From Ostreococcus lucimarinus (lineage: Eukaryota): 64,000 nt of DNA. Made by a program: the position numbers and the translations under genes. Shown here in pieces: positions 19,216 to 29,416 of the stretch (position 1 is its first letter; each line of letters starts with the position of its first letter). The stretch lies in assembly GCA_000092065.1 (NCBI GenBank), contig CP000592.1. One strand, 5' to 3'. Below the pieces are notes generated by a model. The model made no database searches. It saw nothing but the letters and a program-made list of their open reading frames with translations, and was not told where the DNA came from.

Positions 19216-21309
19216 TCACGGCTTACAGGCGGTGATTTGCGCGTATAAGTCGTGTGATTTCGTGTCACACGCGCACGTCATGTCGGTCGCGAACAAAAGA
19301 CGCAGAGCGACGAGGTTCTTGGTGGAGATGACGCGCGAAGCGACGACGTCGGCGACGAGCGAGGCGACGACGGCGTCGCTCGCTGCGTGAGGTTCAAATT
19401 TTTCCGTCACGAAGTCAGCCGCGGTACGGGCTTCTTGGAAAAATCGATCGGCGATTCCGGCGAAGACTGTGACGTCGGAGACAGCCTCGTCGGCGTCGGT
19501 GAGCTCACCTCGAAAGTGACTCAGATTGGCCTCGATGGACGCTTTGTAGTCGTCGTAGTGCGCGGGCGGCGGAAGTTCGACGGTTTGAAACGTGCTGAAT
19601 CGCTGCCAAAAGCGCAGATCTTCGCCACTAAACGCAGTAACACACGGTCGTAGCTTGCCACTGTCGAGGAGTGCGGCGAAGGTGAACCGAAGCGCCGAAT
19701 ACATCGAGAGCTTTTGTTGCTCGGCCAAGAAGCAAAGTTGCGTCTGGATCGTCTGCGTTGACGGTGTCATCGCCTTGCGCCTCAGCGTGACGACACGAAG
19801 CCGCTGCAAATAGTGCATGTAGTAGTACACCATCGCGAGCTCGTGGGGCAAGTACAAGTCGAGCGAAAACCCGAGCTCGAGATGCCTGAGTTCGACGTAG
19901 CACGTCAAGTGTTCCGCCCAGGCAATGCAAGGCGCCTGAAGCGATCGCAAAGTCTCGACTTTAGCCCGATCCTCGTCGCTCGTCGCTAACGCGTCGTCTT
20001 GTGCCGCGTCCAGGGCGTCCGCAGCGATTTGCAGATGACTGAACTCACCGAGCGACCGCCTGAGTACGCGCCTGAAGCGCGCCCGGTTGACGCAAAACGA
20101 TCGAACCACAACCGTCAACGGCTGCACGCACTCGTCGATGAAAGCGTCAACCGCGTCCTTGGGGTGCGCGAACGACGTTTCGAGCGTCTTCGTCGTTACA
20201 CCAGCGAACGTCCAAACGGAATGAAGTCCAACGTGACCGAAGTGCCATCCGCACAGCTCTTTCTCGTGCATCAACTCGGCGGCTGCGAGTCCGAGCGCGA
20301 TGGCTCCCGGTCGACGAGTCTGGAGTCGTTCTAAACACTCCAGGACCTCTTCAATCGTCGGCGCTTCCTTACGAGCACGAAATTTGAACACCTCGGCGGC
20401 GACGAGCACGTCGTCGATCTCTCTTTCGAAATATTCAAACGCTCGTCGAGTGCTCAAAAAGTGCACCTCCCTCGGCGGCGCGCCACCCAACATGTGCAAA
20501 CTCAACCCTTTCGAAAAGCTTCCCGCGTTGGGATCCCAATCCAGCGCGTCTTCATCGTCGACGACGTCTTCGCTATAATAATTTCGCATCTCTTTCAAAC
20601 GCGCCTTGGCCGCGTTCGCGTGTTGTCGCGCCTCGTTTCTCGCATCCGTCCCCGCCCCGATGGCTCCCGTCAACGTCTTCATCATCAAGTGATGTGCCCT
20701 CCTAAATTCTAACCGCGCGACGACGGCTTCGACGTCGCGATCACCCCCACTATCCTCCATCTTCATCAGCGCGCTCGCGAGCTCGATCAAAACCTCGTCG
20801 TCCGCCTCCGCCGTCGCCCACGCTTCGCGCCCGGCGACTTCTCCAAAGTCCCCGAGCACCGCGAAATCCTCTTCCTCGTACACGTCTCCCGTTTTCACCG
20901 CGTGCTGCGCCATCGACGCGCTCGCCAGCGTCGCGCGCGTGAACGCTCGCAGCGCCGGCGTGGCGTCGTCCAAGTGTCCCGTTCGATGTCCCGCGCAGTG
21001 CGCGTTCGTCCACACCGTCGTCGCCGCCGCGTAGCCCTTTCGAAACGTCCCTTCCGCGCACAGCATCGCGTCCAGCTCGCGCACCAGATCGCGGCCGGTG
21101 ATGTCTTTCGGTGCGCGTCCGCTGGCGAGGAGCTGGGCGAGCGTGAGGCGAGAACCGTCCCGCACGGCGCCGGCATCCATCTTCAGGTCGCCGATGTCGA
21201 GCGCGCTCATGGCGTCGAATAGGGAGAAATTGGCGTCGTGCACGAGCTCTCCCGAGGTGAGAACGTTCGATAGCTCATTTATGATGGGATCGAGCGGGAT
21301 CCAGGACAT
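19216..21309 (-). CDS. NAA35: N-alpha-acetyltransferase 35, NatC auxiliary subunit (Mak10 family)
   Basis: The N-terminus MSWIPLDPIINELSNVLTSGELVHDANFSLFDAMSALDIGDLKMDAG matches the Mak10 signature (GELLHD..F.LF.AMSAIE.MDPKMD). The start was set at Met 41 of the ORF (ATG 21309-21307). Confidence 0.75.
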   Translation of the reverse strand: MSWIPLDPIINELSNVLTSGELVHDANFSLFDAMSALDIGDLKMDAGAVRDGSRLTLAQLLASGRAPKDITGRDLVRELDAMLCAEGTFRKGYAAATTVWTNAHCAGHRTGHLDDATPALRAFTRATLASASMAQHAVKTGDVYEEEDFAVLGDFGEVAGREAWATAEADDEVLIELASALMKMEDSGGDRDVEAVVARLEFRRAHHLMMKTLTGAIGAGTDARNEARQHANAAKARLKEMRNYYSEDVVDDEDALDWDPNAGSFSKGLSLHMLGGAPPREVHFLSTRRAFEYFEREIDDVLVAAEVFKFRARKEAPTIEEVLECLERLQTRRPGAIALGLAAAELMHEKELCGWHFGHVGLHSVWTFAGVTTKTLETSFAHPKDAVDAFIDECVQPLTVVVRSFCVNRARFRRVLRRSLGEFSHLQIAADALDAAQDDALATSDEDRAKVETLRSLQAPCIAWAEHLTCYVELRHLELGFSLDLYLPHELAMVYYYMHYLQRLRVVTLRRKAMTPSTQTIQTQLCFLAEQQKLSMYSALRFTFAALLDSGKLRPCVTAFSGEDLRFWQRFSTFQTVELPPPAHYDDYKASIEANLSHFRGELTDADEAVSDVTVFAGIADRFFQEARTAADFVTEKFEPHAASDAVVASLVADVVASRVISTKNLVALRLLFATDMTCACDTKSHDLYAQITACKP

Positions 21310-21594
21310 CGCTTCGCGCGGATGGCGCCGAGAGGCGCGAGGTGAGGTCGACGCGAATCGCGGCGAAGACGGCGAGCGCGCGAGAGAGAGAGCGATGGGC
21401 GAGCGACGCGTGAGACGAATGCGCGTCAATGATAACTACAACATACGTGTTCTCTCTACCGGCCGCGGACGCGATCGACGACGAACGGGATGGGGTTCGA
21501 AACAGACAAACTCCCTTCTCGTTCGCGCGCGTCGCGCCTCGCGGCGCTTCTCTTCTCCTTCGCGACCAGACTAACAAACCAACTCAGTAATCGC

Positions 21595-22047
21595 TTACTT
21601 GAGCGGGATGAACTTGGAACCGGCGGCGAGACCAGCGCGACCGTGCGACACCGGTCTGTACGTGATCGCGTACTCACCGAGGTACGTCCCAATCATCTCC
21701 GGCTTGATTTCAACCGTGTTGAACACCTTGCCGTTGTACACGCCGACGACGGAGCCAACCATCTCCGGGATGATGGGCATGTTTCTCAAGTGCGTGCGCA
21801 CGGTTTCCGGCTTCTCCATACCCGTCACCGCCGCCTTCGCCTTACGAAGCTTCGCGACGAGCGTCTTGTGCTTGCGCACCAAACCGTTACGCTTGAATCG
21901 ACGACGAATGCGCGCGTTGAAGAGCGTCACGAGCTTGTCGTTTTTCAATTCAAGCAACCCCTCGAGATCGATCCCGCGGTACGAAAACTTCTTGTACGGG
22001 TTCTTCTTACGCGGAACCCCGACGAGGGCGTCTTCTTCAGCCGTGGA
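21595..22047 (-). CDS. RPS15: 40S ribosomal protein S15 (uS19), main coding exon; the initiator ATG is not in this exon
   Basis: [97 protein letters not shown] is near-identical to eukaryotic S15. The 5'-most in-frame codon is GTG, and an acceptor cgcgcag| at 22048 lies 28 nt after CTGACG, so a 5' exon is expected upstream (see findings). Confidence 0.85.
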   Translation of the reverse strand, partial: STAEEDALVGVPRKKNPYKKFSYRGIDLEGLLELKNDKLVTLFNARIRRRFKRNGLVRKHKTLVAKLRKAKAAVTGMEKPETVRTHLRNMPIIPEMVGSVVGVYNGKVFNTVEIKPEMIGTYLGEYAITYRPVSHGRAGLAAGSKFIPLK

Positions 22048-22718
22048 CTGCGCGCGTCGCACACGTTCGCGCTCTCGTCAGTCTCTCTCGTCGCGTCGTC
22101 GTTAGGGCTTTGGCCCATCGCCCCCCCCTCGCGCGTCCCTCGCGCGCCCCCCCCCCACGCCGCCGCCGCCCGCGCCGTCGCTCGAGCGCGCCGTCTCAAA
22201 ACATCCCCCACGTCCTCGCGCGCGCGTCCGCGCCCCTCTCCGCGCGCGCGCGTCGTCCCGTCGCGATCGCGCGTCGCCCCGCGATCGGCGAAACCCCACG
22301 ACGGGCGTCACCGTCGTCGCCGTCGGCTCGCGCGTTCGCGCGCGCGCGCGCCCCGTCGTCCCGCGTCCCGCGCGCGTCGAAATCGTTCGCGTCGTCCGCG
22401 CCGTCGAGCGTCGCGACGCACCATGTTCGCGTCCGCGTCGCGTCGTGGAAAGACGGCGCGGCGCTCGCGGCGCGCGCGCGCGCGCGCGTTGGTTTTACGA
22501 TCGACCCACGCGTTCGCGATGATGGGCTTCGATCGCGCTTCAACGCGCATCCGGCGCGTCGTGCGTGCGCGCGAAGGTCTGGTGGCGTGCGTCGCGGGTC
22601 GATCGATCGCGCGCGTCGCGATCGAACCTCGCCGCGAGGTTCGATCGAGTCGCGCGACCGGCGCGTCGTCGATCGAGCGGTGCGAACCGACCGGACGACG
22701 TCACACCGACGCGCGACG

Positions 22719-24032
22719 ATGGCGACGACGGCGCGCGCGGCGACGACGCGCGCGGCGACGACGCGCGCGACGACGAAGACGACGACGCGCGCGACGACGA
22801 CGACGCGACGCGCGCGCGCGACGAACGAGGGCGAGACGCGCGCGGCGACGGGCGACGACGAAGACGACGCTCGAGCGCGAGAGCGCGAGAGCGCGAGGCG
22901 ACGGGACGACGCGTTCTCGTCGTTCGAGCGCGCGCTGGCGGACGCGGCGTCGTTCGGGTCGTCGAGCTCGTCGGGACGGGGGTGGACGCGCGTGGACGAC
23001 GCGTGGGCGCTGGCGCCGCGCGCGGGCGTCGAGGCCAAGGCGGTGGTGCACTTTTGCGGCGGCGCGTTCGTGGGAGCGTCGCCGCAGGTGACGTACGGGG
23101 AGTTTTGCGAGCGATTGGTGGAGCGGGGAGAGGTGGTGGTGATCGCGACGCCCGTGCAGCTGGGGTTGGATCACCTGCGCGTCGCGGACGAGGCGTGGCA
23201 AAAGTACGAGCGCGCGTCGAGGGCGCTGAGGAAGACGATGGACGGGTTCGACGATCTGCCGGTGTACGGCGTCGGACACTCGTTGGGGGCGTTGGTGACC
23301 GTGCTCATCGGGTCGAGATACGAAACGAAGCGACGGGGGAACGTGTTGATGTCGTTTAATAACAAGCCGGCGACGGATGCGATTCCGCTCTTCGCCGAGC
23401 TCTTCGCCCCGGGATTGCAAGGACTTTCGCCCATTCTCGACGCCGCGCAAAAGTCGCCGCTGCGCGCGTTGCAGCGAAACGCCGACGCGCAGCTTCGTGA
23501 GCTCGCGCCGCCTTTGGTCAAGGAGCTTTTACCCATCCTGGACACTCTCGAGCCGGTGATTTTGGAAGTCGCCGACGGGCGCGCCGAGTTCACGCCGACG
23601 CCCGAGGAATCGGCGAAATTGGTGAGGAAGTACTACGCCGTGCGCAAGAATTTGTTGATCAAGTTTACCGACGACACCATCGACGAGACCAGCGCGCTCG
23701 CCGCCACGCTCGCGGGCGCGGTGGCGGCGGAGGATATCGATCTCACCGTGCGCACGCGAAAAGGCGACCACGTCTTCCCGCTCTGGCGCGACACCGGCAT
23801 CGACGTTCCGGACGAAGTCTACGAGGCCGCGGAGCAAGGCGGCGAAATTCTCGCCGCGTTCGGGGACGCGTTCGGGATCAAAGCCGATAGCTCGCCGCTC
23901 GGTGTACTCCGAGAGGGCTTCGACCGCGCGCGCACGCAAGCCAAGGAGGCGCGCTCGGCGCCGGGCGTCGACGAAAACCGCATCCTCATGAACGCCCTCG
24001 TCGACGACGTCGTGAATTGGATGGCGATTTAG
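22719..24032 (+). CDS. DUF1350-family protein (alpha/beta-hydrolase-like; a plant/cyanobacterial plastid-type family) with a Thr/Ala/Arg-rich N-terminus
   Basis: VVHFCGGAFVGASPQVTYGEFCERLVERGEVVVIATPVQLGLDHLRVADE and PVYGVGHSLGA resemble DUF1350 conserved blocks. The start is uncertain because the ORF is open back to 22110. Confidence 0.5.
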   Translation: MATTARAATTRAATTRATTKTTTRATTTTRRARATNEGETRAATGDDEDDARARERESARRRDDAFSSFERALADAASFGSSSSSGRGWTRVDDAWALAPRAGVEAKAVVHFCGGAFVGASPQVTYGEFCERLVERGEVVVIATPVQLGLDHLRVADEAWQKYERASRALRKTMDGFDDLPVYGVGHSLGALVTVLIGSRYETKRRGNVLMSFNNKPATDAIPLFAELFAPGLQGLSPILDAAQKSPLRALQRNADAQLRELAPPLVKELLPILDTLEPVILEVADGRAEFTPTPEESAKLVRKYYAVRKNLLIKFTDDTIDETSALAATLAGAVAAEDIDLTVRTRKGDHVFPLWRDTGIDVPDEVYEAAEQGGEILAAFGDAFGIKADSSPLGVLREGFDRARTQAKEARSAPGVDENRILMNALVDDVVNWMAI

Positions 24033-24123
24033 TATTCCACGTGCTTTTTAACACCTCTGAGGCGATAGCTTTGCATGATTTCTTCCTCCGGCCCGCGTCT
24101 CGCCGTCACTTTGCGCCTCTCGC

Positions 24124-25092
24124 ATGCCGCCGACGCTTCGCGCGCCGCTACCCACCTCAACGCGCGCGCCCGTCGCCTCGACCTCCGCTCGAGCGCGCTC
24201 GCGCGCGCGCGTCAACGCGCTCGACGTCGGTGCGTTCGCGTTGAGCGGTGGCATCGCCGCGTGCGCGAGCCACTCGCTTTCGGTGCCCTTGGATGTCATC
24301 AAAACCAGACTGCAGTGCGAAAAATTCGACGACGCCACCGTTCTGGGCGTCGGCGCGGCGATCGTGCGGCGCGAGGGCGTCGGTGCGCTCACCGCGGGGT
24401 GGGAGAGCACGTTCTTCGGGTACGGCGCGCAGGGAGCGCTGAAATACGGTGGATTTGAGTTTCTCAAGCGGTGCGCGAGCGCGAGCGCCGGCGGCGACCA
24501 GAGCGCGCTGGGATTGCTCGCGCTCGTCGCGTGCGCCGCGAGCGCCGAAGTCGTTGGAAGCGCCGTGTTGACGCCGTTGGAACAAATCAGGATCAAGACG
24601 GTGAGCGATTCGCGGTACGCGGGGGATTCGTTCGCGGCGGCGGCGAGGCGGTTCGCGAGCGAGCCAAACGGCGGGCTCTCGTCGGTGGCGTCAAATTTAC
24701 CCGTCGTGTACGCCAAGATGCTTCCGTACACCGCGGTGCAGTTGGTATCGTACGACGTGTTCAATCGAACGTTGGCGTCGATGTCGCTCGATTCGGCGAC
24801 GACGCGACCGGCGGCGGCGTTGGCCGCGGGCGTCTTGGCGTCGTTGGCGTCGCAACCGGGCGACACGTTACTCTCAGCGACGAACGCCGGTCGGTGCGTC
24901 ATCGTCGGCGACGACGAAGACACCACCGCGTCTCCGCGCCCGCGTCGCTCGCCGCTCGACGTCGCGATCGAGCTCGGGCCGGTCGGTCTGATGACGGGTT
25001 GGCGCGCGAGAATAGCGCACGTGACTCTCATCGTCTTCGCCCAGCTCCTCGTCTACGACGCCGTGAAAGACGTCTTAGCCTCGCCGCGATAG
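24124..25092 (+). CDS. Mitochondrial carrier family (SLC25) protein
   Basis: Three tandem carrier repeats with PLDVIKTRLQ / PLEQIRIKTV-type signatures and six TM helices. Confidence 0.75.
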   Translation: MPPTLRAPLPTSTRAPVASTSARARSRARVNALDVGAFALSGGIAACASHSLSVPLDVIKTRLQCEKFDDATVLGVGAAIVRREGVGALTAGWESTFFGYGAQGALKYGGFEFLKRCASASAGGDQSALGLLALVACAASAEVVGSAVLTPLEQIRIKTVSDSRYAGDSFAAAARRFASEPNGGLSSVASNLPVVYAKMLPYTAVQLVSYDVFNRTLASMSLDSATTRPAAALAAGVLASLASQPGDTLLSATNAGRCVIVGDDEDTTASPRPRRSPLDVAIELGPVGLMTGWRARIAHVTLIVFAQLLVYDAVKDVLASPR

Positions 25093-25192
25093 CGATAGCG
25101 TCGTTCATAGAATCTAGAATCCCATCGCATCGTCTCGCGCGACGCGCGTTCGCGAGTCTTCGTCGTTTCCTTCACAACGCGCCGCGCGCTCG

Positions 25193-26293
25193 ATGTCGTC
25201 GAGGCTCCTTCTCTGCGCCGTCTTATTCGCCTTCGTCCCTCGATCGCGCGCCGTCGACGTCGTTCGCGCGAACGATCGCGCGCCGTCGAATCCGATATTC
25301 CCCAACGGCCTGGACGTCTTCGGCAGGGACGCGCGGTGCCGCGCGTGTCACGCCCTGGTGAACGCGCTCAATGAAAATCTCATCCCATCCATCGCCGCCG
25401 AGCGCGCGAAACCGGCGTCTCGAGCGACGTACGGCGCGCTGGACGCCCTCATCGAGGCCGCGCTGGCGCCGGCGTGCCGATTGAGCGCGACCTGGCGCGA
25501 CGCGACGACGAGGAAGGCGTGCGAGAGGCTGATGGAGACGCGAGAGGACGACGTCGCGGCGGCGTATCATCGATGGATCAAACGCGGCGGCGGATCGGCG
25601 CGGGACGGCGGTGGGACGCGCGGAGACGGGTCGAGGGTGACGGTGGCGGAGGCGAGATCGGGGGCGTACGATCCGGTGGGATGGAATTGGAATTACGAGG
25701 TGTGCGGACGCGCGACGGGCGCGTGCAGGGAACAGTTGGCGATGCACGAACTCGCGGAGTTTGACGACGACGGCGCGGGCGACGGAGAGGCGAGGAAGTA
25801 TCGATCGGAGCAGAGACCGGCGGACGGGGAGACGGTGGATGGGATGCTGAAGGTGACGGCGGGAACGTTTCACGAGGCGGTGGTGCGCCGAGACGCGGAC
25901 GTCGTGGCGTACGTGGGATTTCCAAAGTTGGACAAGTGGGGGCACTTTTACGCGGCGGCCGCGTTGGGGAGCGTGCGCGAGATGTTCGCGTCGAACGAGA
26001 CCGCGCGCGAGGGGTTTGAGATCGCGTTCGTGGATGGCACGCACAACGACGTGCCGCCGCCGTACGGGAGCGACGCGCAGGCGCCGACGGTGGCGATGTT
26101 CGCGGCGGGGAATAAAAATTGGCCTCGGTACATGACGGACATGAACGACGGGAAGTTGACCGCGTTTGAAGTCTTACAATTCATCATGCGCACGTCGGCG
26201 AAGCCGTCGACGGTGCAACACGCGCATTGGCTCACGCAGTCGCTTTCGCAAAACGCGCTTCATCGTAGAATTTGGGACGACGACGAGTTGTGA
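25193..26293 (+). CDS. Secreted/ER-type protein with a signal peptide and Cys-rich N-domain; the C-terminal part looks thioredoxin-like. Function unknown
   Basis: The N-terminal MSSRLLLCAVLFAFVPRSRA is a signal peptide, followed by paired Cys residues (CRAC, C...C). No confident family assignment. Confidence 0.4.
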   Translation: MSSRLLLCAVLFAFVPRSRAVDVVRANDRAPSNPIFPNGLDVFGRDARCRACHALVNALNENLIPSIAAERAKPASRATYGALDALIEAALAPACRLSATWRDATTRKACERLMETREDDVAAAYHRWIKRGGGSARDGGGTRGDGSRVTVAEARSGAYDPVGWNWNYEVCGRATGACREQLAMHELAEFDDDGAGDGEARKYRSEQRPADGETVDGMLKVTAGTFHEAVVRRDADVVAYVGFPKLDKWGHFYAAAALGSVREMFASNETAREGFEIAFVDGTHNDVPPPYGSDAQAPTVAMFAAGNKNWPRYMTDMNDGKLTAFEVLQFIMRTSAKPSTVQHAHWLTQSLSQNALHRRIWDDDEL

Positions 26294-26390
26294 TGAAACC
26301 GGTGAAGTAAAATAACAAGACGCGCGCGCGCGATCGACGAGCGCCGTCGCAACGAAGATGACGTATGAAACAGCTCGCGCGTTCGACGCG

Positions 26391-27119
26391 CTAAATCACA
26401 ACCTGCAGCCCTGACTTTTTATCCGTTCGCAGCGACCGCGCGCTCTCGCTATCGATGGACCTCCGTTCCCAACTCTCGTGCACTTCCTCGAAATACTGCA
26501 GCCACTCCTTCCCCGTGAGCACCGTCTCCGGGTGCGGTTCGTCTCGTCCCATCAGCGCGTGCGTCACCGGCCTCGAGTTCAGGCTTCCCGTGTGCACCAA
26601 ATCCGTCATCAATCCCAACTGAATCATCGCGCTCATCGCGTCCGTGTTCACCCACGACTTCACGATGGCTCCGTTCTCAAACTCCATCACGCACGTCCCC
26701 GTCCATCGCGCCGTGCGTTCATTCAGGCTCGCCGTGAAACTCAGCTGCGCGACGCACTTATCGCCCTCCTCGATCACGTTATCCACCGCTATGACGTAAT
26801 CCGGCAGCGCCTCGCGATTCCCTCGCACGTGCTGCATGTACGCCTCGACCCCTGGCTCGGGCGTCGGGTTCGACGGATCGATCAGCACGTGGTCGTCGCT
26901 GACGTACCGCTCGGCGCTCGCGTTCGCGGACGCCAGGTCGGCGTTGTTCCACACCTCGCGGTAGAGACGGCGGACGATCGATTTGTTGGAGCGCGGCGGC
27001 GCGCGCGGCGACGACGACGGCGCGGGCGGGCGCGGCGCGACGCGCGCGCGCGGCGCGCGAAGCGCCAGGGCGGTCGCGACGCTCGCGAGGACGGCGACGA
27101 GGGGGGGCGGGACGGGCAT
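26391..27119 (-). CDS. SnoaL-like (NTF2-fold, ester-cyclase-like) domain protein with an N-terminal presequence
   Basis: RRLYREVWNNADLASANASAERYVSDDHV...VDNVIEEGDKCVAQLSFTASL...GTCVMEFENGAIVKSW follows the SnoaL_2/NTF2-like pattern. Similarity is weak. Confidence 0.4.
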   Translation of the reverse strand: MPVPPPLVAVLASVATALALRAPRARVAPRPPAPSSSPRAPPRSNKSIVRRLYREVWNNADLASANASAERYVSDDHVLIDPSNPTPEPGVEAYMQHVRGNREALPDYVIAVDNVIEEGDKCVAQLSFTASLNERTARWTGTCVMEFENGAIVKSWVNTDAMSAMIQLGLMTDLVHTGSLNSRPVTHALMGRDEPHPETVLTGKEWLQYFEEVHESWERRSIDSESARSLRTDKKSGLQVVI

Positions 27120-27312
27120 CGCGCGCGCGACGGCGCGCGGCGGAGTGGGGAGGAAGCCCGGGCGAGGCGAGGCGAGCGCGAGCGCGAGGCGAAGGCGCGA
27201 GGGATGGACGGAAGACGTGGAGATTAAAATAAATGCGATGGGAGCGCCGGCGAGCGATCGACGCGTCGGGGTGAGGTAAAGGTATGAATAAATGGCCGCG
27301 CGCGAGGCGCGC

Positions 27313-28788
27313 TCACCCGACGGTTCGGAGGGAAGGCACGTACGCCTCGTGGCCGACGCGGGCGAGGTGGGAGAAGTGCGCGCGCAGCGCGGACCAAAAC
27401 GTGGGGTAGATTTGATAGTGTAATCCGTGCTTATCCGCGGCAGCCTTGATGATCGGCGCGAGCGCGGGGTAGTGCACGTGACACACGCCCGGGAAGAGGT
27501 GGTGGACGACTTGATAGTTTAAGCCGCCGGAGAAGTGGGTCCAAAACTTGCTGCCGTGCGCGAAATCAGCCGAAGTCATGAGTTGCGCCTCGCCCCAGCC
27601 CTTGTTGAGCTGGTTCTTTTCGTTGAGGCGGAAGAAGTGGACGTCGCCGACGACGTGGGCGACTTGGAACATGAACGCCAGCAACCAACCGGTGACGAAC
27701 TCGGTGACGGTCCAGAGCGCCAAGAGCTGACCGATCGAGCGATGGGAGTACTTGGCGGGCAAGTAGAGGTAGTAAAACGCCCACGCGAGCTTGCTTCCCC
27801 AAAACGCCACGGCTTCACCGCGAGTAAACTTCATCACCTTCACCCAACCGATTCGGCCGGAGAAGAAGGCGTTGAAGTCGTCCACGAAGCACGATTTGAA
27901 CGACAACAAGCCGTACATCAACGCCAAGTAGACGTGTTGAACTCTGTGGTACGGCTCGTGAGGCTGATGCTCGTTCACCCGTCGCACGTCCTTTTCCGAG
28001 CATCGAATGTCGGGATCGATGCCTTCGACGTTGGTGTACGCGTGATGTCCGGCGACGTGCTGCTGCTTCCACATGAAGCTCGACGCGCCGACGGCGTCCA
28101 AGGTCAACTGCATCGCGTGCAACCAAGTGCGATTGTTTCCGTACGCCCCGTGATTGGCGTCGTGCTGGATCGACACTCCTACTTCCGCCTTGCACGTGCC
28201 GTGCAGCACCGCGAGCGCCAACGCCGCGGCGAAGGACGCCGACGGCGCGAAAAACGACCCGTAGTGTCCGACGACGACGCCCGTCAAAATCACCAACGTC
28301 TTCGCGTACATCTCCCAGTGCACGCGCGGATCGAGCTTATTATCCTTAAAATACTTCGCCGCCCCCGCCTTACAATCCGCGTAAAACTCTCCCTCCCTCA
28401 GATCGTCCTTCAAGTACTCCACCACGTCCTCGTCCTCGCGTTCCCCCGCGTCCCTCCGCAGCGCGCCGATCCTATACTTCTCCAGCGTCGCCCTCGCGCG
28501 CTCGGGATGATACGAGTCGAACAGCGCCGTGCACTCGCCCCCCGCCTTGACGTATATCATGTTCCCTCCCGGGTGTCTCGGCACGAACCTCGTCACGTCG
28601 TACACGCCGCCTCGCACGATCACCCAGCAGTCGTCCGCGCGCGCGTGCCTCGCCACCTCCGCCGCCGTGTACGTCGCCTCGCGCGCGTCATCGCGCGCGA
28701 CGCGCGTCGTCGCGCGTCGTCGTCGCGTCGTCGCGCCCTTTCCCGCGCGCCGCGCGTCGTCGTCGACGATCTCCGCGACCGTCGTCAT
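27313..28788 (-). CDS. Front-end fatty-acid desaturase with a fused N-terminal cytochrome b5 domain (Delta4/Delta5-type His boxes)
   Basis: The cyt-b5 HPGG motif is present (RHPGGNMIY). The three His boxes are HDANHGA, QHVAGHHAYTN and QVVHHLFP, the third being the Q-x2-HH box typical of front-end desaturases. Multiple TM segments. Confidence 0.8.
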   Translation of the reverse strand: MTTVAEIVDDDARRAGKGATTRRRRATTRVARDDAREATYTAAEVARHARADDCWVIVRGGVYDVTRFVPRHPGGNMIYVKAGGECTALFDSYHPERARATLEKYRIGALRRDAGEREDEDVVEYLKDDLREGEFYADCKAGAAKYFKDNKLDPRVHWEMYAKTLVILTGVVVGHYGSFFAPSASFAAALALAVLHGTCKAEVGVSIQHDANHGAYGNNRTWLHAMQLTLDAVGASSFMWKQQHVAGHHAYTNVEGIDPDIRCSEKDVRRVNEHQPHEPYHRVQHVYLALMYGLLSFKSCFVDDFNAFFSGRIGWVKVMKFTRGEAVAFWGSKLAWAFYYLYLPAKYSHRSIGQLLALWTVTEFVTGWLLAFMFQVAHVVGDVHFFRLNEKNQLNKGWGEAQLMTSADFAHGSKFWTHFSGGLNYQVVHHLFPGVCHVHYPALAPIIKAAADKHGLHYQIYPTFWSALRAHFSHLARVGHEAYVPSLRTVG

Positions 28789-29416
28789 CGCGTCGCGTCG
28801 CGCCCTCGTTCGCCGCGCGGCGTCGTCGACGCGCGACGCCGGCGGTCGCGGGCGCGCGGTGAGCGCGACGGCGCGCGACGCGGCGCGCGAGTCGAGCGCG
28901 CGCGGCGAGCGCGCGGCGTCGTGTGGCGACGCGCGCGCGCGCCGACGTCACCGGGCGGGGCGGTCGGTCGCGTATGGGGATCAGTGACGGGGTCTGTATA
29001 CATCGAGTGACCATCATTTCTTCTACAGTACGGTAATGTTGGTCGTACACTGTGTGGTATTTGTGGTATGTAAACGCGCGTGTCGCACGCGTGTCGGACG
29101 CGTGTCGGACGAATCGCGCGGGAAACGGCGACGGCGCCGCAGACGACGGCGCGCGCTCGACGCGCGCGCGAGGGAGGCGCGAACCGCGAGGAACCGCGAG
29201 AGAGACCGCGATCGACGCGACGCGATCGACGCGCGCGCGCGAGCGCCGCGGAGGAGGACGCGCGCGCGCGAATCGTGGACGCCGGAAGACGCCGATCGCG
29301 ACGACGCGCGAAGACGCATCGCGACGCGACGCGCGCGCGAGACGGCGAGAGCGCGACGCGAGCGACGCGGGCGAACGGTACGCGACTTCGAGGGGGGTCG
29401 CGGCGACGCGCGCGCG

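Noticed and set aside
22196-23450. Overlapping 249-280-aa ORFs on both strands across the uS15/DUF1350 intergenic region
   Set aside because: These are arginine-homopolymer-like translations of GC-rich promoter or presequence DNA with no conserved blocks.
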